Source: the human T2T-CHM13v2.0 reference genome, Homo sapiens. Taken from it: 64,000 bases of DNA. Where the stretch lies: the NCBI RefSeq assembly GCF_009914755.1, contig NC_060925.1; one strand, given 5' to 3'. Of this stretch, positions 57,600-64,000 are shown one piece after another; the stretch's first letter is position 1; every line of letters starts with the position of its first letter. The position numbers were made by a program, and so were the translations under genes. Below the pieces are notes generated by a model that worked only from the letters and a program-made list of their open reading frames with translations, did not search any database and had not been told where the DNA came from.

Positions 57600-58110
57600 G
57601 TTTCCTTGCGCTGCTAGGCTTTCTTTCTCGCCTCTCCCACTGTCCGAGTCTAACCCACTATCATCTGATTCTCCCATTTGTTCTACCTGTTTCCACTCTT
57701 ACCTTTCTACAGTCAGTTTTCCATGCGACCATCAACATAAACTATTCATAATATAAATCGCATCATTTTTATTTATCTGCTGAAAATCTTTCAATATCTT
57801 CTTGTTGTATTTAAAATCCAAACTATCATGGCCTGAAAAGGCCTGGAGAACAAGCCGGTACCTGGTACTCTCTCCTACCCACTATGCTCCCACCATCTTG
57901 ATGTTCTTTCTATTTTCAGGATACACCTATCTAAGCTGCCTCAAAAACCTTGCCCTGTTTTGAGTAAAGGTAAACTTAAGCCCCTGTCCTCACCTTTTCT
58001 CTTAGCCAATTCCTTCCTACCACTGATGTTCAAAGGCTCCCTCTTGAAGAGGACTTCCCAGACTATGCTATCTAATATGATGTCACCAACCACCTTTCCT
58101 CCAGCATCCC
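57600..58110 (+). mobile_element. L2 LINE fragment
   Basis: ctgctgaaaatctttcaat..aaaatccaaact..catggcctgaaaaggcc..gaggacttcccagact. Confidence 0.65.
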
Positions 58111-58224
58111 TGACCTTGTTGACTTGGTCACTCTCTAAAATAGCACACTTTAGAATCATCTCAGAATTTGCCCTTTATTGTGGTTCTAGCACACACACGA
58201 ATGTGGTTTGTGATTTGCAGTAAG

Positions 58225-58740
58225 TACCTTAGCCTAGGTACACTCTCACCTCAATCCAAAAGCAGTTTGAGACAAGGGGCTGCCTGCAGGTCATTTATTT
58301 TGGGAAGTGATCATATGAAATGAGAGTGGGAGACTTTGGAATTATGCAATAGGGAAGGAGAAAAAGGCAATACAATAGTGTTTCTGCAGTTCATCACAAC
58401 TGAAGAAACAGAACTCAATCCTACTGGGAATTTCTAGGCTAGAGAAGGCATGCCTGGGATTGTCTACCTCAAGAATGGAAGAGGGAAGCACTTACGCCTT
58501 GATTCTTGTCTTGCATTGTTCAAGCATGGGAATGTCACCCCCCTCACTTAGAGGCCATGCATGCATAAGTTCCAGGCCAGTTTCCCAGGCATCCCTTACC
58601 CTAGCATCAGAGAAGCCCTGGGCAGACAGGAGAATCAAGTGTAGCAACTGAGGTCAGGTGCTGTGGCTCACCTGGGTGAAGCTGGTTGTCTCAGCAAAGG
58701 CTGGAGTAAAATGCAGTCCAAGAGGATGTGAGGCAGGGCT
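58225..58740. mobile_element. ERVL-class LTR (LTR16/LTR33-like)
   Basis: tgagacaagggg..tgcaggtcatttattttgggaagtgatc..agggaaggagaaaaaggcaata motif; family uncertain. Confidence 0.5.
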
Positions 58741-60350
58741 CTTCAAGTACCTTTCTCCTTGCTCTTGTCTACCATCTGGAGAGAATCCAACGAGTTGGCT
58801 ACTGAGGGATGAGTTGTTTTGATTTCAAAAGGAATTTTGCTAAATGGAATTTTTCAATGAAAGACTGCAGTGTGAAGGCTCAGGAAGAACAAAGGGAGAA
58901 TGAGGGAACAGGAGGACAGAGATCTCTTATTCTATATCAAAATGAATATTTGTGTGGAAACTCAGTGAATGAAAAAGTGTTAGGAAGACAAGAATAAGGA
59001 GATCTTGCAAAGAATATTGAGATATTTATAAAAGCTTAAAGAAAGTCGTTCATTGAGAATAATGGCTCTAAAGTGTTGGTTGTGTCTTAAAGTTATGACA
59101 CAATTTGTATGACTATCAATTTGAATTCACACTCTATTCCACTAAGATTGTAAAGAGAAGTACAGTTCTCTACTTTTCTACTATTACAACAGGGCTACTT
59201 TGAAGCTAGTTGGGTCTGTTTTAGCAATTTTCCAGGTGTCTAGTGAGGGACTGATTTACCCTAATGCATAAAAATAAGCATAATGCATTTTTTATTTGAT
59301 CCAGATTTAAGGTGGACTATGATGTGGAGATCTGAAAATATTCATAAATGCTATAGATATAATGTGAATTCCTTAATTATAGGCTGCCTTGTGTTGTTTC
59401 AGAGAAATTGTGCCTTAATTTTAATCCTTGTGACATTTAGAAACACATCTTGAAAAAGATTTAACTGCTTCATAATTTTACTTGCCAGCACAAAAGCAGT
59501 TCAAGGAAATTCAGGAAAATTTAAACATGACATGGATATTCTGAGTTAGGTCTGTCACTTCCCTTTGCCTTTTAACTCTCAAGTGTATGCCAGATACAGC
59601 ATTTGGGAGGGGTGCCCTGCTGAGGCTCCCCCTTAATAATGAGGCAATAATTAGATAAATTAGGTATAAATCACATCAGTGGATGTTTTTTTTCCCTGCG
59701 TCTATTGATTTGTCAAAACACTTTATTATGAAAAAGCACAAATGAAAACAACTATTTTCTCTCTGTAACTAAGGCAGCATGCTTTTGGGTGAGTGTTTGC
59801 CCACCGAGCCTGCGATTCCTTGACTATAAAGCCCTCTTAGCAATTCTCCCGGAGTTCTGTGAACCAGACTGCCTTGCACAATCTCTTTCTATCATGTTTG
59901 ACTCTGTGTTTTGTGCAAGGCTCTCTTCCAGTTAAGGATTTAAAGCTTGCTCTCATGTACACAAAAAAATCAGATTTATATCTTTGTACTGCAAAATGAA
60001 GCAATTATTTTGTCTTCCAATAGATTCCGCTTCCTCTGCATTGGCACCAGCGCTACCCACTGTTGTCAGCAAGGCGGTGACACTGGTGTACGCTTCATTA
60101 AATAGAGCCCTGCTGATACTGACCATTGATCCAGCAGCTAGCTCAGGTGCATTTAGCCACAATATTTTCTCCCTCTGCTCTTTACTTCTCTCCAGGGATA
60201 ACCAATCAGAAGAAATGACCCTCATGCCTAGTGTTTTGAGAAGCAGAGAACAGTTTGATTTCAATTGCCAACCTGTCCACTAGCTTGGTAAATCAAATTT
60301 CAATCTCTAAGGGCAAAAGAACACACAGCCTGCTTATGTATATCTATGTA

Positions 60351-60354
<4 letters not shown>

Positions 60355-60396
<42 letters not shown>
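60355..60396 (+). repeat. (TG)21 microsatellite
   Basis: Perfect TG run. Confidence 0.97.
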
Positions 60397-60397
<1 letters not shown>

Positions 60398-61835
60398 ATT
60401 GTACTCTAAGATCTGGTCTTTCCATATATTAAGCCACAGGAATTCACCTGGTAATGTAAAAATGAAAGATTCAAAAGTATTCACTCTTTAGAAGTGAGAT
60501 TAATATTATTTAAACATACCATTGTTCCCTGAAATCGAGAATTACACACCAGCTATGTAAAATGGGCCAACTGAAATCTGATCCAGGTCATTACAGAAAC
60601 CATTTCCCTTGTTGGGTATTTGGTGGCAATGTGTGAAAAAAAAAAAAGGATGATTTTTAAAAACTTGTATCCCTGCTAAGTTATCAGTCTAGGATGCTGG
60701 TTTCTTTCAATAAAATTTCAGATAAAAGCCATTTTTCCCAACCCATGCTAACTTTGATATTCCAGAAATAACAAATCTAGGTACTAATTTTACTGCAATA
60801 CACCCAGGACATGTGGGTATGAAAGTAGTAATGCTACACCAGTTTACCTTGGGCTTTATATACTTAATTCATTCTCTTAAATATATTATCTGCTCAAATA
60901 AGCCAATGTTTTCTCCTTAGCGTTTCACAGGCATAACACAGTTTAGCTATGGAAATCTGTGAGCTCTGCTTCTTTGCTAGGTGACTCTATGGAACGTGTC
61001 TTTAGAGAGTTGAAGTAGTTTCCAATTTTATACAATGATATTTTTCATTTTCAGGATGTGTTATTCCGCTTTTAAAGAATTCAGAGACTTGTAAATAATA
61101 TTTCTTTGAAAACATTGAGAACATGCACTGTTCAAAACCCTTGTCATTACGTGTTGTAAATAAACCCCAAAGTTACTCTGGCTATGGAAGGAGTAGAAAT
61201 GATATATAATTCAGTAGTTCCTTTAGAAACTCCTTTTTCCTCTCCCTGATCTTCTCACACTGTTCCCCCTCTGGGCATTAAGCACTTTGTAAGTAAACTT
61301 ACAAAAATAAAAATGGGATTTTCATGTATCTTTAACATTTTATGTGTCATCACACATTTCACATGCCAGGTAATTTAGTCATCAACCTATTTCATGACAA
61401 AGGATTAAACTTTCTAAATCTCTCTGCACCTACTGTTCTGTGATTTGTAAAAATCTTATTCTTGATATTATATATAATATTTTTATAATTCTTAGGTTGC
61501 TTTTAAGATTTGTCCTGTTTTTGGTCTTTATACATAAATGTCCTTAGATTTAGCTAAAATGATTTGAGAGTGTGGCTGACAGAATATTATATTGTTTATA
61601 GAAATTACTAGGATTTTTGAAGCTTTATTTTCTGGCTATGAAGATGAAAGGGGTTGGTTATTTCAAGGAAACGTCTGTGCCTAAAGTTCAATAGGTAACA
61701 AACTTAACTCAGAAAATTTCCCCATGACCCACTAATGTGAGCTGTTTCCTTCACCAAGTCAATAATAAATAGGAAGTGCAACCATGAATTACAATTTTTT
61801 TTTTAGTTTACATTAATACTGGTCATCACTTAGGC

Positions 61836-62058
61836 CAGTGATTCTCAACCAGCAATATTTTGACTCCTCAAGGACATGGCAGTATCTGGAGACAGTTTTC
61901 ATTGTCAAACCAGGTAGAGATGAGTAGGGAGAATGTACTGCTGGCATTGAGTGAATGGAAGTCAGAGATGCTGCTAAATGTTACAATGCACAGGGCATGC
62001 CCAACAATAGAGAATTATCCAGTCCAAATGTCAATATTGTTGAGGTTAAGAAATCCTT
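61836..62058 (+). mobile_element. MER20 hAT-Charlie MITE
   Basis: cagtgattctcaacc..tggcagtatctggagaca..agagatgctgctaaa..tacaatgcacagg..agaattatccagtccaaatgtcaata..tgaggttaagaaatcct. Confidence 0.85.
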
Positions 62059-62859
62059 ACGGACACTAGAGAAGTATAATAGAATAGTGGAAATTAGGAA
62101 CTAAGTTAACTCATACATTAAGATAGTGTCTATGGAAATTATCAGTGAGAGCTATTAATGTTATAGAAGAGTTCTTATAGTTGTCATTTAAAAATATTGT
62201 TCATTATTTTATTAAAGCCAGATAGAAGGCACTTTCTCAATATTCCCATTAATATGGGTTTCTGTCTCCTTCCCAATTTATCTTCACATAAATTAGGATG
62301 CATTTTCTATAAGGATACATGATATAGTTAAGCATGCTAATCTTCACCAAAAGGGTAGACTGATTATTTAAGTCAGTTATTTCAATTTTTTTTTGTCTTC
62401 CCAGCTAAGCCAATTGGATCTGTCAGTGAAAACAAAAAAAGAAGGTATTTTATTTCTCAAGAAATGGCATTCACTTTAATATATTGCATTAAATCCAAAT
62501 ACAAAATATATTTTTGAAGTCGAATAATGAAAGAACGTGCTTCATTTCTTCAGATATTTGTGACTTAAAATCAGTTAATCAATGTGTCATAGGTATATAT
62601 GTATTTGTATTTCTGTGTAGTGGCTCATAAATAACCAATTTTACTAAACTACACATAAACATTTGTAGCCTTCCGCTTTTAACTCTGTATGTCATTTTTT
62701 AAATTTAATATCTCATTTATTGCTGAGATGGTGTAATCATTTCAAATTATTTGATGATTTTAAGTATTTCTAACTAGTTCATATCCTTTTGGCAAACCAT
62801 GCTCAAGAGTAAAGTCACTCAATAATGTCCTTAAGACAAAATGAAGATCCTTTTTTCAA

Positions 62860-63503
62860 ATTTTATTATTTTTAAATTTAACTTTTATTTTAGGTTCAGG
62901 GGTACATGTGCAGGCTTATGATACAGTAAATGTGTGTCATGGGAGTTTGTTGTGCAGATTATTTTATCACCCAGGTACTAAGCCTAGTACCCATTAGCTA
63001 TTGTGTCATGGGGGTTTGTTGTGCAGATTATTTTATCACCCATGTACTAAGCCTAGTACCCATTAGCTATTTTTCCTGATCCTCACCTTTCTCCCACCCT
63101 CCACCCTCTGATAGGCCCCAGTGTCTATTGTCCCTCTCTATGTGTCCATGTGTTCTCATCATTTAGCTTCCACTTATAATGAGAACATGTGGCATTTGGT
63201 TTTCTCTTCCTGCATTATTCTGCTAAGGATAATGGCATCTAGCTCTCTTTATATTCCTGGAAAGGGCATGATCTCATTCTTTTTAATGGCTGCATAGTAT
63301 TCCATGGTATATATGTACCATGTTTTCTTTATCCAGTCTACCACTGATGAACATTTAGGTTGATTCCGTGTCTTTGCTATTCTGAATGGTGCTGCAGTGG
63401 ATGTAAGTGTATGTGTGTCTTTATGATAGAATGATTTATATTCCTTTGGGTATATACCCAGTAAACAGGATTGCTGGATCAAATGGTATTTCTGTTTTTA
63501 GGT
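62860..63503 (-). mobile_element. 5'-truncated older primate L1 3' end (L1PA13-16-like)
   Basis: ttcaggggtacatgtgcagg..tatcacccaggtactaagcctagtaccca..; reverse ORF 63482-63249 resembles the ORF2 C-terminus (WNQPKC..EYYAAIKKNE). Confidence 0.9.
62933..63070. repeat. 2 x 69-bp tandem duplication within the L1 3'UTR
   Basis: Units 62933-63001 and 63002-63070 differ at 2 positions. Confidence 0.92.
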
Positions 63504-64000
63504 CATTTGTTTTTATTACCTCTGCCAAGTTCATTGTTAGCTATTCATCCTCCTCATCCCCTCTGGAAGTTCTTTCTAAATAATGTTGTAGAATTATTTA
63601 CTCTTTTTTTAAAATTCATTTTTGAGTACTACTTTATCTCAACAGTAAAAGTTCCTGAAGTTACTTATATAAATTCATTAAATTTTTGTGAAACACACAC
63701 TAAAGAAAAATTGATTCAGAAATTGTCTGTTTTTAAGATATGGAGTATAGTTTGGAGACAATATAACCGAAGGTAAGTGCCTTAACAAGAATCTTCCTCC
63801 CTATTTTATACTTATTTCTACTACAGTTTTCACTTGGTTTAGAAACCTTAATTCCCAGACTGTCAGCCTCATTAGGGCAGGAAGGGGTCTACTCTGCACA
63901 CTGTTGTAGCTTTAGTATTTAGCCCAAGTGCTGGCCCAGGGTGCACTCCATAAATATTTATCTTCATTTTCTATTGGGGCTATAGTAAATTAAATAATAC

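Noticed and set aside
61286-61305. 9-bp perfect inverted repeat tttgtaagt-aa-acttacaaa
   Set aside because: Short and AT-rich; expected by chance in 64 kb

Overview
Human (primate) genomic DNA, AT-rich and repeat-dense. It covers the 3' half of NEK7 (NIMA-related kinase 7, 1q31.3) on the + strand. Five coding exons (5343-5451, 6336-6443, 20327-20421, 24509-24622, 46797-46907) splice GT-AG in frame to give H125-S302 of NEK7. They are followed by a ~2.9-kb 3'UTR ending near the AATAAA at 49784, then ~14 kb of downstream DNA. The last intron holds a full-length (~6.0 kb) antisense L1PA3-like LINE-1 with a 16-bp TSD and disabled ORFs. Five Alus (one a young 5'-truncated AluYa5), several hAT MITEs, MaLR/ERVL LTRs, old L1/L2/L3/MIR fragments and microsatellites are also present. 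Apart from the L1 remnants and two exon-overlapping ORFs, the ORF track is noise. I do not see a demonstrably new biological system. The best leads are: (i) a 'gene-breaking' L1 whose antisense promoter faces the last NEK7 exon, with rewired ORF0/splice donors predicting an in-frame L1-NEK7(267-302) micro-protein; (ii) a ~130-bp palindrome with a perfect 40-bp internal duplication next to the AluYa5; (iii) CpG-retaining, motif-dense non-repeat islands, including an RFX X-box inside a multi-hairpin; (iv) 3'UTR miR-101/144/181 sites partitioned by alternative poly(A) signals; (v) specific cryptic splice sites at NEK7 exons. Repeat subfamily calls and old-repeat boundaries come from remembered consensus sequences and are approximate.
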